From Marsupella aquatica (lineage: Eukaryota; Plantae; Marchantiophyta): 64,000 bases of DNA. The stretch is taken from assembly GCA_973895155.1 (NCBI GenBank), contig OZ316895.1:5536587-5600586 (forward strand). Direction: 5' to 3'. Below the pieces are notes generated by a model. That model was not told the origin of the DNA, searched no databases, and saw only the letters and a list, made by a program, of their open reading frames with translations. The position numbers and the translations under genes were made by a program. Shown here piece by piece: positions 1-13,972 of the stretch; the stretch's first letter is position 1; each line of letters begins with the position of its first letter.

Positions 1-139
1 TCCATATTTCATCTGGCATCAACGCCGCAAATAGTTGCCAGACTGAGATGTATGTTACTAAATCCTGCAGAATTTGTGTTACTAAACCCAAGCTTTCAAG
101 TGCTGACTTAGTGAGTATAACAATCCAGTGGAGATCTAC

Positions 140-3100
140 CTTGTCCTTGGTGGCATAAATATAGGCTTCCAAGCTGTTCTTGGCCTCAGCTGTCTTTCTT
201 TTCTCGGCATCCTTGCGCTCAAGCTTTTCAAGCCTGGCCACAGCATCCAAGATGGATTTACTGGAGAGAGGCTGATTGATTCCCTTGGTCAGATCCTTTA
301 TCTGTGACAAAAGAATCATGAAAAATTAGTGTCTAGATCTACGAAAATCAAGATTGATTTCCTCCTTTTGTGACTTCAATGCCTTCTCATCGGAGCTTTC
401 TTCAACACCATCTTGTGACCAAACAATGAAAGGCCATTTGTCTTCTCGTAAAGCACTCTAATCTATAAAAAGTCGACTACGAGAGAACCGGTGAGTAGAC
501 ACGGACGACAAGGTCAGATGTCACTTATACCTTTAGAGGGACTCTTATGGTCCTCTTCCTCAATTTCCTTGTCACGAGTGGTTCAGTCGCTACTGATTCA
601 TCATTAATTAACCCGTCAACAGACCCATCAACAGCGAAGGACTCTGTATTGTCTGAACTTTTGCTTTCTTCGTAGGGAACAGTGTTCTCTGGCCCCTTGC
701 TGTCCTCAGTACCTGCCCCCTCCTCAGTCGTCTTGTCCTTGGTGTCTGTTGTCGTTTCATTTAAAATAATGTTCTTGATTGGAACCTCATGCCACTCGGT
801 CACCTCGACAACAGTTTCAGCCTTGTCCAAATTTAGCACACCGCTTTGACTCAAAGAAAAGTGTAAATTTGTTTTGATAGGAGCGGATAGGTTGTAGGAT
901 TCATATCTGCCAGGGAATCCAAACAAACCACGGATTCAAATTCCTGAATGCATTTCTTCTTCTTAGCCACCACCGACGAAATTCCTGTCACAACGAAAAG
1001 TTGCAGGTGCAATCCTTAAAAGCATTCAAATATCAATCGAGCTTATAGCATAAAACGGAAGGGTGGGAAAACACCAAAATCTTTGAGAATATACTTTTTA
1101 GCTGCATCCGTGACCCCGGCGATCTGGAAGACTGCAAAGTTTGGATTTGTTACGCCAGGAGGCAACAAGCTAGCATGATACTGCAGTGAGATTTGGAAGT
1201 CCTCTTTCAGACTCTTAAACGATCGGAACACCTAGAACACAATCACAACAACTTATCATTTTTAGAACTCATCAGCGAAAGGTATTAGGGCCCATGCAAT
1301 ATATCGCGGGAACTTCTGACTGCTGGAGAACATGTCTACATAAGCATCCAATAGCTACAGTCCTACATCTATCATTTGCTACCATCTGCCCAATATTGAA
1401 ACTGCCGAAATTCATAGCGTTTCACGGAGAGAGACACAGCTACCCTAACTAACCTTGCTTGGAACTCTTTTCAATCGGGGAATCAAAATCTGGTCTCCAT
1501 CCATATCTTCCAGAACCTTTGGGCTAGCACCGTCCACTTTCAAGACAATAGTGTACGGTGCGGCATCCACCATTCCGAACTTGCGATTCAGCTTGACCCT
1601 GTCACTGAGATTTGCTGCGTGGAGTGCGGCTCCCAACGATATTGCTTCGTCTGCATCTAAGTGTCTGTCTAAAGCTTTCTTCCCCAAGAAATCAGACAGT
1701 ACCGCCTGAAAACATAGGTCCATGGAAAGATATTGAACGGGAAATTTAGAAAGGAAAGGTATATCAAACATGCAAACTTATCCTCAAGGCGTGGGATACC
1801 TTGTAAATACAATCTCCGGCCGAGTGGGTCTAGCTATCATCATCAAAATACTATGTCCTTCATGGAACCTCCCCATGGACAGAGAAGGGCGTAACATGAA
1901 ATGAATTCCATTCTTACCTGTACTTTTGGTACACGTGTAGCTCCACCTATAAGCTCAACAGCATGTAAATCTTCTACAGTCAGGAGCGCTTCTGCCAAGA
2001 CTTCTTTGACCGGAACCAAAGCTCTTTCCCATAGGTCGCTACAGAGTTCTTCAAATTTCTGCCGCGTAATGGAGCTCCTGAATAAGGAACAAGGCATTAG
2101 AGGCTACTCAAAATGTCTAGAAGTCACTCATGAAATCCCCAGGGATGACAGAGAAACCGCAACCGTATTTTGTTTAACCGGCATGGTGGAATCAAAATTT
2201 GAAAAAGCGGCTAAGTTGACAGACGGTGCCCGTCCTCCTAGCTGACATCATCTGCCTAGGAACGGGTGTATTATATGGCCAGGAGTGACCCGTCTGCATT
2301 TCGACTGAATCCCACTAGCTAGTCAGTTCGGCGAGACCTCCAGAAGCTCTAAATGCGACAGCCTTTAATGATTCAATTAAGAGATGGCACCACAATTCTA
2401 GACTTGTCAATCTCTCACAGTTGCTGATGTGCAACTGAGCACACTTCAAAGGAGGTGAATTCAAGGCTTCACACCTGAAGTCCCGATCATCATGTAAGGC
2501 TTCTACCGAGAGAGGAGCCTCAGTATTGGCACTCAAAATTTCTTTAGTACGCTTCACTTGCTTCTTCAACTTCGCCATGGCTTTCGGGAATTTGCGCACA
2601 TCGAATTTTCCTCCCACTTGTTTGTTGAATTCCTGAGCAAAATGGTCCAGAAGCCTCGCCTCCATAGTTTGTCCACCCAGTGAGGCATCCCATCTCACAC
2701 CTTTGACCTGCCCATTACACAAACTTCACAACCGTCACCAATATGCTCATAGATAAAGGACCACTGCGAACTTGCTTGGTTCTAAATCTCAGCAAAGGGC
2801 CAAACTCACTGTGAAGACTCGGTCCTCACCTGGAATTGATTGACAGTGCTGGTCTTGCCTCTGTCCTTGCCCTGGTAAGAAGAGAATTGGACCAACGCAG
2901 CATACAAACTGTTGGCCCCCATGTCATAAAATATAACATTCCTGGTCTCGTTGCTGAAGTCCTTATCGATACCGTACTGAAGGGCGGCACCCGAATGCTC
3001 ATTGACCAGTGCAAGCACCGTGATGCCTGCAATTTGAGCAGCATCTAGAATGCCTTTCCTCTCCACCTGACCAAAGTAAGCCGGCACTGTGATCACCGCA

Positions 3101-3681
3101 TCCGTGATCGTGCTCTTGGCGTGAGCCTCGGCTAAATCACGACAATATCCCAAAACCATAGCGACTAATTCCTCTGTAGTGAAAATGGACTGCTTATCGT
3201 GGGTCCTAATGTTGGCAAGGCCTCTCTCATCGACGACTACGTCGTATGGGAGGTAGCTGGCGGCCAGCATCTCCTTGACGAATTTGACTGGCTTGCCGAC
3301 CATGTCCCTGGCTCGCGAGTACACTCTCTCCGGATACCTCACATTAATTCCAGCTGCCTCTTCCGCCAGCAGACGCTCCCCATTCGAGAACGAGGCCAAT
3401 GCGGGAGACTTCCTCTTGGACATTTCGTTCAGAGCGATGGAGATCGGAGCCTGCCCCGGCTTCAAATTAACGACTGCCACTTTCATCCATTCCGACCCGA
3501 GATCTATGCTCATGACCGCCCCATTCGCAGATCTCACCAGCAGCAGCAGAGAAATCAGAAGAAGACTGAATGCTGTCAGACCTAAATTGCCACTCCATCT
3601 CCTCTTCCGTCTAAAAATATCATGCGAAAGTAAACTATATTTGGTCTTATCACGCATGAGCTTAGTTGTACGCCCATGCAT
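140..3681 (-). CDS. HSP70-17: ER-lumen HSP110/GRP170-type chaperone (HSP70-17/HYOU1-like); 3' part continues beyond the window start
   Basis: A hydrophobic signal peptide precedes AVMSIDLGSEWMKVAVVNLKPGQ. Further motifs are DAVITVPAYF, ALQYGIDKDF, FYDMGA, VELIGGATRVPK and HLDADEA. GT-AG exons join in frame: 3681-2830, 2707-2475, 2077-1918, 1705-1454, 1231-1095, 906-531, 301-140. An acceptor AG at 3686-3685 implies an upstream 5'UTR exon. Confidence 0.95.
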
Positions 3682-5629
3682 CACCTACACAAATGCACTC
3701 CAAGGTGATCATCTTCAGTGACGAATCTAGATCTTCAGTGACGAATCTATGTCACAGAAAAGCAAGCCTCCAAATTTCCTCCAGTTCAGTGTTACAACGC
3801 AGGCTACAAACTGAGGTTGTCAACATCTTCGGTCAAGTTTAGTTCCAAGCAAGCAGCTGAAAACAAACAAACCCTCGGCCAATTTATTCCAATTAAAACT
3901 GACAGATGATCAATCAACCAACCAATCAAATCAGGAAAAATACAAGTGCGGAGCAGGGCCAGAAAAAGCGTACCAAAGACACCATGTCTAAGAGAAACCC
4001 TAACCCTGACAACACTCGAATTGACAACTCTCGTCCACTGTCTGCCTGCCTTCTTTGCCTTCTTTGCTTGCTGATTCTCCTTGTTCCAAATTCCGCCCAC
4101 TCCCGTCCTACAATGGTTCGAAATGTTGCTGTTGCTTGCCCCTCTACCAGCACCGAGTCACTCCTAAGCTGGATCTATGCGTCAGCGACGACCAAGCAGC
4201 AGAAGAAGAGGAAGACGACGACCGACGACGCAAAAGGAGAAGAATTCTTAGTTAATCAAGAGCGCGAGGTCTCGATGGACGTGTTGCTGCTCAGGAAACT
4301 TTGGAGGCCACACTCAAATGCACAGTGAGCCGTGGTACTGGCAGTAGCAGCTGCAGCAGGTCTGGTCGTGCTCTCCTCCCGTGCATTCATTCAATGAACG
4401 CAACTGAGGTCATGAATCGACGAAAAGGGAAGCGAAAACCTCCGAAGAACCGACCAGTCCACCGACCGATGGTTCCATTCGATTTGCAGCACAACGAGAG
4501 CCCTTATAGTGGTTTTGCTCGTTGTGGTTTGGCTTGTTGTGATATTCGGTGTTTTTATAGAGAACAAGGCATTGTGAAACTTCTCGGCTACCTTAATTAA
4601 GAAAAATAGTTTTTTTCTTTTTCTTTTTCTTTTTCGTGTGTGTGTGTGTGTGTGGAGGGGGTAGGGGGGCGCAGGATTGGGAGATGGGCATGGGCACCCC
4701 CCAATGGCCTAACGAGGGTGCCCATTGCCCATCTCCCAAATAGCCCAATGTTTGGGTGGGGGCATAATGAAACTTCTTTCCCCTAACAACAAGAGCAGCA
4801 CAACGAGAGCCCATATTTGACATACCCTAACTAGAGCGCCTGATGCCCATCTCCCAAGTAGCACCATGCAGGTGCCCTGGCATTGGTAGTTGGGGCCATG
4901 CTCCTCTACTTTTACAAAAACTTTTACTAAAACCAATGCTAAAACGGGGTGGCCCATTGCCCATTTTCCCAACCAGCCCGGTGCCTGTGCTTTGCACTAT
5001 TGTTGTTGTGACCATGCGGTCGCTGCTGTCTTGTGGCATATGTAAGCAAAGAACTGTTGCAACAGCAAAACCTAGTCAATCGTATTGCACGTCAAGGCCC
5101 TGTGATGATGCTGAACATTGGTCAAGAGGGTGAGCGAGGGAGGGATGCAAGGGCAGGGCGTGGGCAAAGCAAGACGACGATGGTGACATTTTCTTCTTCC
5201 TTTTCCCCCTCTCCTCACCTCTCCATCCCCTTTGTCCAAATTTGGATAGAGGCATTGTTAAACTTCCTCTGTACTAGAGTTACTAATAAACCCTGTTACA
5301 AGTGCATAATGGACCATAATAGTTCCTCAAAACTCAAAGCCAAAGAACTTGTTTAGAAAATGCATTCTGGCCTGCCTTGTTACCAGAGTGTCACTATATG
5401 CAAAATTTGCAATGTAGTCGTCTCTTTCCATTCAGAATTGGCCAGCATTGCTCAGTGACTCCCACTCCCTGGCTCTCTTGCTTCCTCTCCCTCTTGCTCA
5501 GTCTGTTTTTGTCTCTCTGGTGAGCTTTTCTCAAGACTAGTTGAGCTCAAAAGTCAGAAGTCCATTGGTTGACAAAGCTGTCCAGCAGGCCTGTGAATTA
5601 AGGTACAAGTCACAAACCAAGCAAAGTAA

Positions 5630-6068
5630 GAGCATCTCCACCCACACTCCGTTTCTTGCTCCTTTCACCCACTTAATAACAGCCAAATGAACCATATAGC
5701 GAGAAAATCCGGTCATTGTCTTCCCCCATCAGTAACCCACATCTATAAGTATATAGAGATGGACAGCCAAATCCAAACTGCCGACTGCCAGTTTTAGCAA
5801 GACAAGCTATTGCCATTTTCATAATCAGTACTAGAGAACACATCCAAATTAGTTGGTATAGTACATTTGAACGTACAAATACACAATTTGAGGAATGGAG
5901 GTAATTTTAAAAAAAAAATTTTTAATTTATTTTAATTTATTTTAGGGGGGGAGGTGTTTGAGGTGGGGTTGTGGGCTGTCAAAAATAATACTGTCATCTC
6001 AATGCCCAGTAATGCACCTCTGTTTCTATTGTTTGGGAGCATTGGCCACCAAACCGGTGGACATGCTC
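5630..6068. mobile_element. Tourist-like (PIF/Harbinger) MITE
   Basis: TIRs GAGCATCTCCACC (5630) and GGTGGACATGCTC (ending 6068) differ by one mismatch. TAA flanks both ends (5627-5629, 6069-6071), the typical TSD. No ORF inside. Confidence 0.85.
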
Positions 6069-6164
6069 TAAGGGTGGCTTTACAAGAAGTTGCGGCCATT
6101 GCTTCCTTTTATTCCATTCAAGATTAAATCTGGACTAAAGCTGTTTCCAAGCTACAGTAGCTTC

Positions 6165-6547
6165 CACATAACCCCATTGGTCATGTATAGAGCAGCATTT
6201 TGCTTAGTGACAAATTTTAGCCAAAATGGGTGGTCAGGAAAACCTTTCCCAACTTTTGGTGAATTACTTGCTAATTCTTTGGGTAACCATATGCCAGTTT
6301 CCTACCACAGGACGTATTTGTATAATGCGAGCAAACAGGAATTTTCTTAGCGATTAAAGTGTTGTTAGTGAGTCACTAGTGGTTTTAAACTTCTTTTGAT
6401 TTTTGCTGCCTTTTAAATTTTAGTGTTTTTTAAAGACTCCATATGGCTAGCGAGTTTGCTAGCCATAAGAGGAGTCCAACAATTGGATGTTACCAACCAG
6501 GTTGCTCTTAGCAAGGCAGTTGGCTATAAGAAAACAAGGGTTATGTG
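6165..6547. mobile_element. Degenerate MITE-like element
   Basis: Inverted termini CACATAACCC / GGGTTATGTG, with weaker inverted similarity over about 50 bp. No clear TSD. Confidence 0.45.
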
Positions 6548-7438
6548 AGTATAAATTTTGCAAGTGTGAAGATTTATTTTACTGTTTCTTGCATGCTACA
6601 ATGACCCCTACCACAACACATTTCTAGCAGTCAGTCTGGCGGCTGTCCTTAAATTTAGGGAGACTATGTGACTATCACTTCTTTTGGATGTAAATAATGG
6701 TGAGCATAAATAAAATTACTCATTTATGATTTGTCCTCATTCCCTGCACCCTAAAAATTAAGTGACCGAGGCAGAGTCTAGGGTAAAATCTTCAAAATTG
6801 CTCTGCAGTTCAGCACCAACAGAGAAAGTAACTCGTGTAGACAACCACTCGTGTAACCAACCACTGGGTATTGATCACAGCTCCACGTATGGAAAGTACG
6901 CCGGATCGAAAGAAAGATACCAATGGTCTGTACCAATCGCACTTTTCGGGACTGTCCCTGTTTGGGGCCTTTTGACGTGATTGGTTCCTCTGTCTGGCAG
7001 CCTCCTCTTATTGGCCCAAATGCACGCTTGGTGTCATTCAGCCTGCTCCGAGGATGCCACGTGTAAGTATGACCATTTGGGATGCTCCCATTGGTTCACT
7101 TCGCTGGTTTAGAGTTTTCCAGAGAACTCGCAATGAGGGAATGGGAGTGGGAGTAGGGTGGCGATGCCAATTGGCAACGCTCACCATCCCACTCCCACTT
7201 CCGAACTTCTGGGAGTGGGATTGGGAGTGGGAGTGCGTATACTCCCACCGGCAGGGTCATGAAACCGTAGCCTCTGGGCTCGGCTGGAGAATCGTCGAGG
7301 CTTTTGCAGAAGAGGCGAAGGAGAAAAAAGCGCTTCCGTTTCGATTTTGTGGATCGAGAGGAGATGAGTGGTTTTGTAGGCCGACGTATGTGATTTGGTG
7401 GTGAAGAGATCGAGTGGTCGCCCGATAATTTGTAGGAG

Positions 7439-9921
7439 ATGATCGCGTCAAGTGTTCGGCGAATTGCGGGAAAAGTTTTGAGCACGGGTGGTTCGAGTTT
7501 GGCCCGAAAATGTGGCCACGAGGGTGAAATAGTGCTCAGGGAGACGATTGGTCTCGATGCCTGTGCTAATCGGATCTCCGAGCTTGGACCGGCCTTTCCG
7601 TCGGCCCGTTTCTTCGCTTCTACGGTGGGACGGAGTCGGTCCGCGGGAGCAGGCGGAACTGGATTGCCTGTTCGGGCGATATTGGAAGTTGCATCTACCT
7701 GTCGACAATTATTAAGGTGCCAACTGATGCCGGATAGCTTGTCTCCCGATTTCTATGATGTCGTGTCTCAATCCCATGGATATCTAGACAGCCAAGGTCA
7801 TCGATTGCTTTTTGAACCTAAATTTGAAGGTCAGTCTTTTGCCAGACATGTTAGTGTTTGCTCATAGTTGGTTTTCAAGTGCGGTCGAAAATTAGGGTTA
7901 TGTTCTCAGTCCATATTTGAAACACTGAATAGCAATAGTTTCCAATTACTTTCAGCTCGAATTCGGGTTTTTTCTGTCCCACCCCTCCCTGCTACCAAAA
8001 TTCAGAATGTTCCGACCCTGGTCGTACGTTAGGAACTTTTGAATCGAGTTGGATGCAAATGAATTCGGAGGGAGAGGACTTCTGATGTCCAGTGCTATCC
8101 GACTTCTGGCTATGGATGTCCAACTAGTTATGAGCTCATTTGGGGGACTATTAGCAGTTGTCAAATTTACGAGGGTATTTAAACCCTAAGGGCCTTGATT
8201 CAAGCCGACACCTAGTTTCCTCATTATAATTTCTGGGGTTTGTAGAGATGGTCAACTGCGAGCTTACAGCAGTGCCTTCAAAGGTCAAAGGGGCCGGGCA
8301 GATATTGGAGCCAGAGCGAGGCAAAACCAAGCACGGCGCTTGTGGACTATTGCCATCAGTGGCACCTTGGTGGCTGGCTTTATCATCATTGTTCTTAATA
8401 CGTTCCAAGAGAATATGATGTTTTACATTACTCCTTCTCAGGTTTGCTACCAAATCCCTCAATTGACTTTTCCAGTCGTGTGATGTAGAGAGACAGTTCG
8501 TGATTTGGAATGATGGAGATGATCCAAAGAAGGTGTCGAAGTTTACGCTTGCTGGACCCTATCGACCATTGGGAACTACTGATGAATGTTCTCCTTGGTT
8601 TGCAGGCACTGGAGAAATATTATATTGACCCTTCTAAAAACAAGTTCCGGCTGGGTGGGTTGGTGCTAGAGGGCAGGTAGACTATCAATGCTTATGACCT
8701 CGTTCTCTTGACATTTCATGTAGTTAGCTCTGGTGAATCCGAAGTGTTTAGAGAAAGCTCGGGCTAAAATCAATTACTAAAGTTTTGTGGAAAATCGCCT
8801 TGTAGTCGAAATGTTATTGCCTAGGACTGTCGAATCTATTTGAATCCGCATGAAACTGTGCTCTGTTTGTGTGCAACCGTTTGGAAGCTCTAGAAGTTTC
8901 TAATCTGTATGTGAACTCTTTTGTCGCACTTTCTTCATGCAGCGTACACCATTCGAAGACAGGAACTGAAATGGAATTTGTTGTCACTGACTTAGCAAAT
9001 GAGGTAAGGTTATTTCGTAGTGAGAAGCATTATTGAATTGGTCTGTTTTGTTGAGTCAGTGCTTTCTGAATTGGAGTGAGATACAATGGGAGGGAACGTT
9101 GTGCCTTGTCCTATCTCTCTAGTGTTTCTGAGCAAAGATTTGGCGATTCTCTTTTCTAAATGAGAGCTCAGTTTCAGTCTAATAGTGCACAGTCGAAATG
9201 ATTGTTTTTCAAGCAATGTACTCGCGGCATTAGTTTTCCATTGTTTCACAAACTATGCGTTAAAACTCGCATCTGATTGTGCAGATTTTGGTTCGATATC
9301 GGGGTGCTTTGCCAGATTTGTTCCGCGAAGGGCATTCTGTGGTTGCGGAGGGATACCTGCGTCCCCTTGATTCATACCCCGGGAGGCCGGAAACTCGAAA
9401 TGATCCTACTGCAGCACTGGCTGAGAAGGCAAAGGAAGCTGGTTGCTACTTTACTGCTGTAGAAGTGCTAGCAAAACATGACGAGGTACGTTCTCTTGCC
9501 GTGCTATTTTTTTCAGTTTAATCCCTTGTGTGCTGCATGCATATCATAATGAGTTCCTCATGTCAGCTCACATGCCAGAGAATTGCAAATTATCGTGGGT
9601 ACTGTGCTGCAGGGATGGCAGCTCGTCACTCACCGGGTCGGTGGGCTATTTTTCTTAAACCCAGTCCGAGCGTTCCTGGTTTGAATCGTACTAATTTGGG
9701 TAACGTTTGGAATGCATGAAATGATGCAGAAATATATGCCAAAGGAAGTTGCAGCAGCCATAGAGAAGAATAAGGCAGCTCAAGAGGCGCAACAATTGGC
9801 TCTGTCAGGGGCTATAGCGCAAACACCCGTTATCCAGGAGTCGCCTGTTCCATCTGCTGGTCAAAAGCGGAAGGGTGTTTCTCAGACCCCTGTAATAGCT
9901 CAGCAGTATGAAATCCGATGA
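7439..9921 (+). CDS. CCME: Mitochondrial cytochrome c maturation protein E (heme chaperone)
   Basis: Exons 7439-7716, 8246-8441, 8606-8676, 8943-9003, 9285-9485 and 9730-9921 join in frame. They give an Arg/Ser-rich presequence, a TM segment, [36 protein letters not shown] and the heme-binding motif LAKHDEKYMP. Confidence 0.95.
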
Positions 9922-11050
9922 AATTTCACAATTTTGGTCCTGGATTTTGCCACAAGAGAATTGTTTTAGTGGGTTAGCCGGTAGACCTGTCTAAGAGAAC
10001 TGGTAAATTGATGGTCGTGGAATAATGCAACCTACAGTAAACCACAAATAGTGTCGGTTTGAGATGGTGAGGTTGCGGATTTGACAGAATTACAAACATC
10101 TGAACATTTCAGATGAAATAATTGATCCAAGGTGCGTATTCTAAAGTAAGCCTTATGGTGGAGTACCCTCATCGCGAGGTTCCTTTTGTCTGTAATCCTC
10201 ATCTGAAATGGGGTTTTGAATGTATACCCCAGAGCTGTAGGGCAAAAGCCTTTTACTTGTTTCGGATTTGGTTCTTCGTAGTTGGTAATTAGTTATAATC
10301 TAGATCAAGAACAGGAGCCTTGGACAAAGGAAATTGTTCTTGGGTGGCTGTAGGTTCCTTCCCAGTGCCATTTACCGGTAATCCGCGTCAGGGATTGGCC
10401 GTTCTTTCTCTGCATCGAACGTCCTGCAATTGTCGAATGAGCTCCACGGCAGCATCTGCTCAGGAGTGTCGATGGAGACTTCTGGGGATTTTAACAAATG
10501 TCAATGTTTATCCGATTCCGAGAAGATTTGTCCTGCTTAATTGTTTGGCTGAATGCACGGGTATGTCACGGCCAGTTTGTGCGAAGAAATCACAATGCTA
10601 TCTAAAAATATCTGAGTGCGATTGGGACTTATGACAAGACGTTGGTAGAGATGACACTCGATCTGAGAAACAGAACAGTAGGTTTGGATTTCGAGAGTTT
10701 CTGCCCAAATCACTCGGATTGATATAGGAGGGAGCTAAATGATGCTTACATTGGTTAGCTCATTTGCGTTACCCTGTGACCTATGCCATGAGATGAATTC
10801 GGCAATCGAGGGGCATTTGGAGCCATCATTTGGGCGTGGGGCATATCATGCCCACCTGGAGGAGATTTCAAATGTCCCGTCCACAGGTTATATCCAAGTA
10901 ATCCACAATTAGCTTGGACTTTAGTATATGTCTCGAGGACTTTTCAGGGTAGACGGAATTCGTGTGGAAGGAAGTACAACCTACAGCCAAACCTTCGAAC
11001 AAATATAACCTATCCATGCAACACCACAGTTTATATCCAAATAATCCACA

Positions 11051-11942
11051 ATTAGTTTCGATTACCAGGATAGGTTCAGGTGAGCACCACGGCATGGAAA
11101 GGAGAGCACATTCCAAGAAATCTCAAACGACGGCAAGTTGTCAGAGACTATCCCCTTCAGTACCAAAGCGTAATGGAATCCCTATTCATTGCTCACAACT
11201 GTAGCTAAAGATATTTGTCAAGCCAGGAAACGCAGATTGATGGAGCGAAGTACCGTCCCTTCATTCGTCAAGCCAGGAAACGCAGCTTGATGGAGCGAAG
11301 TACCGTCCCAAAGAGATAACCCATAGCTCACAGGATCAGAAGAGGACTCAGCTCACTATCGTACTCCTAACGCCGTCCCAACTGACTTGTCCGATCACAC
11401 GCGGGTAAGACAGAGCTCACGATCTGAGTCCTACTGTAGACACCGCCCCAACTCCCCAACAGAATGATATTCCACAAGGACACAGCTCACTATCTACCTC
11501 CCAGAGACCGCTTCAAGAGCTAACCCGTACGATCCCACAGGGACGGAGCTCACTACACAATTCCTAAGCACCGTTCCAAAAGATAACCCAACGATCCCAC
11601 AATGTCAGAGCTCACAATCCAACACTCAAACACTGTCCCAACGGACAAAGGACAGAGCTCACTATTCAATTCCTAAGCACTGTCCCAAAGATAACCCAAC
11701 GATCCCGACAATTGTCCTTCCTGGACCTTTCTCTTTTTTCTTTCCTTCAGTATTTTATTTTGTTGGTCCCTTTTCAGAGTCCTGGTGTCTCTTGTCACTC
11801 CACAACGACAGAGCTCACTACCCAACTCCTACACACCGTCCCAAGTGATAATCCATACGATCCTACAATCACGGAGCTCACAATCCAACTCCTAGACACC
11901 GTCCCAAGAGATAACCGATACGATTCGACAGGCACAGAGCTC
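11051..11942 (+). repeat. Left arm of a diverged inverted repeat, containing a 62-63 bp tandem unit
   Basis: The unit (approximately GAGCTCACTATCCAACTCCTAGACACCGTCCCAAGAGATAACCCATACGATCCCAC) recurs at 11546, 11608, 11811, 11874 and 11937. The arm is a reverse-complement homolog of 16794-17271. Confidence 0.8.
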
Positions 11943-12835
11943 ACCATCGACAGCGACACGACACTTGTAGACATCAGGCAGATTGCAAGCCAGATGAAGA
12001 TGGCTGGACGGAGAAGAGCAAGCAGGAAAAGCAGGAAAAGCAGGATTGTTGACTGGACACTTATCATTGACACTGCTGACAGGGAGCTGAATTCGTCTCT
12101 TCTATGCCATTCAATCCTATTCTGAATAAAGTTGGATATGCATCACTGCTGTCGTACGTATCTAACCAAGTGATTGCCAAATGCATGCACGTGGTCTAGT
12201 CCACACAGACTATCGTAGCATGTTACCACTGTTCTCGGCTTTCAATCAAGTCCCTCGGTTCCCCATACTTTTCTCGTGGAGGGAGTGTGTCTGTGTTATA
12301 CTGTTATATACACATTCGGTGTATGTGTACACTCACCTCACCTCACCTCACCACACCACACATGCCTACTGTATTACTTTAGAGCTCTCCCACAGGTCCA
12401 TCCTGCCGGTCCAGAGCAAATATTGTGGGACCAGCCTGCGGATCCAGTTTTGGAACCCCCTTGTGAGCCTAAGTTACACTCACTAACTCAGTCTTGCTAG
12501 GGAATATGGCAATAGCACATTTAACCGTAACCAAACACCTAACTAGAATTAAAAAATTGCAGTTACATAGTAACTCTAGACCTGATGGTTTTCTTACCGT
12601 ACTTTGTCACTCTTAAATTCAGACTCCAAAATCTGTTCATGTCTTTCACTTCTTACAACCCCAACAAGATTGTTCCCTGGATGTTAATTCAGACTTAGAG
12701 CTTCCGCACCAGATAGAAGGTGCAGAAGCGGGATCAGTCAAATTTTGTGGTCATTTTTGTAGCCTGTGGATTTCAAGCCCCCCAAGACTCAATGGGACTT
12801 TGCAATGATTAGAGACTGATAAAGCAAGGAGGGCC

Positions 12836-12920
12836 ACCTGAGTAGGGCAGCCTAGTAATCAGCTTAGATGCCCAGGGGTACCTTGTGATCAGCAGGTCTC
12901 AAGTTCAATCCCTGCCCATA
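12836..12920 (+). mobile_element. Possible degenerate tRNA-derived SINE head
   Basis: A-box-like GTAGGGCAGCCTAGTA and B-box-like AAGTTCAATCCC; no foldable cloverleaf. Confidence 0.3.
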
Positions 12921-13302
12921 CATATTTACTCCAGATCTGCTCTTGCATATAATATGGGTTCTGGACCAATTAACTCACTTGTGTAATTAGATTTTTTACA
13001 AACATACAAATACAAAATATGAATAAGCAGGGCAGTAAAATTGCCGCAGGCTGTGACCAAAGTTTTGGCTGGGACAATGTAATTCGAGATGGCCTGAAAA
13101 CAATTTGTACATCAGGAGGGCCAATGAACCTGTTTTTGGGCTGATTCCCTAGGTCCCACAGACCATGATTACATGCAGGGGCTCAAAGGCAACCACCCCT
13201 GCCAATGCTCTCATAAAACTGATCTTATTCTTAGCTTTTGCCATGTTGAGTGTAGAAACAAATTGGGGCTTGGGAGTCATTGGTCTAGTGGCTCATTAGA
13301 CA

Positions 13303-13972
13303 GGGTTTTTATTAACCTGTCCCCCAAATTACCCAATATTACGTACTATCACGGCCCAAAACAAAATTAATTAATATCAACCCACCTCCAGAATGTATCC
13401 GAGTTAGTTTAACTTGGGCCCGGGTTCCCACTGGCATGTGGTGAGACCCCCCTGGGCCCCCTGTCCCCTTCCCATTGCAGGGCACAGTCACAGGTCCGGA
13501 AGCGGCAAAAACACATCATTCTTTGCTCGGTACTCCCTTACAAAAACTTGACAGTCTCGGCTCTCATTTTGCTTGGTAAAATGCAGGAAACCTGCCTTTT
13601 CGGCCCCATCATTTTCTTCACCCTAAAAGACACCGAATGCTGCCATTTTTTTGCCCAGGGAGGAATCTGATGAAGCCGAAAGGTGTCCAGAAAGGTGAGG
13701 GAGCCATCAGCCTTAGACTCAGCCTGACATGTTTTTGCCCCTCTTGGACCTAAACCATAAAGCTGCAACTGTGCCAGGCAATGGGGAAAGAGGGCTGAGG
13801 GGGGTCACAACAGGTTGGGGTTAGCCAATGGCAACTCTTCACATGGCAATGGGGACCTGGTCACAAGTTAATGCTGACCCATATACAAAATGGGGGGCGG
13901 GTTGACAACTAATATTGTTTGGGGGACACATTAGTAATATCAGGTAATTTGGGGGACAAGTTAGTAAAAAGC
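13303..13972. mobile_element. Non-autonomous element with long TIRs (Mutator-like MITE)
   Basis: About 150 bp of imperfect inverted repeats: TTTTTATTAACCTGTCCCCCAAATTACCCAATATTAC on the left versus the right-end reverse complement TTTTTACTAACTTGTCCCCCAAATTACCTGATATTAC. TSD not resolved. Confidence 0.75.

Noticed and set aside
3906-4328. 140-aa + strand ORF with a hydrophobic stretch
   Set aside because: It is antisense to the HSP70 5'UTR/intron region, low in complexity and has no recognisable domain.
4689-4972. CCCATTGCCCAT-type repeats as a distinct element
   Set aside because: Probably a TE fragment, but no termini or TSD could be defined.
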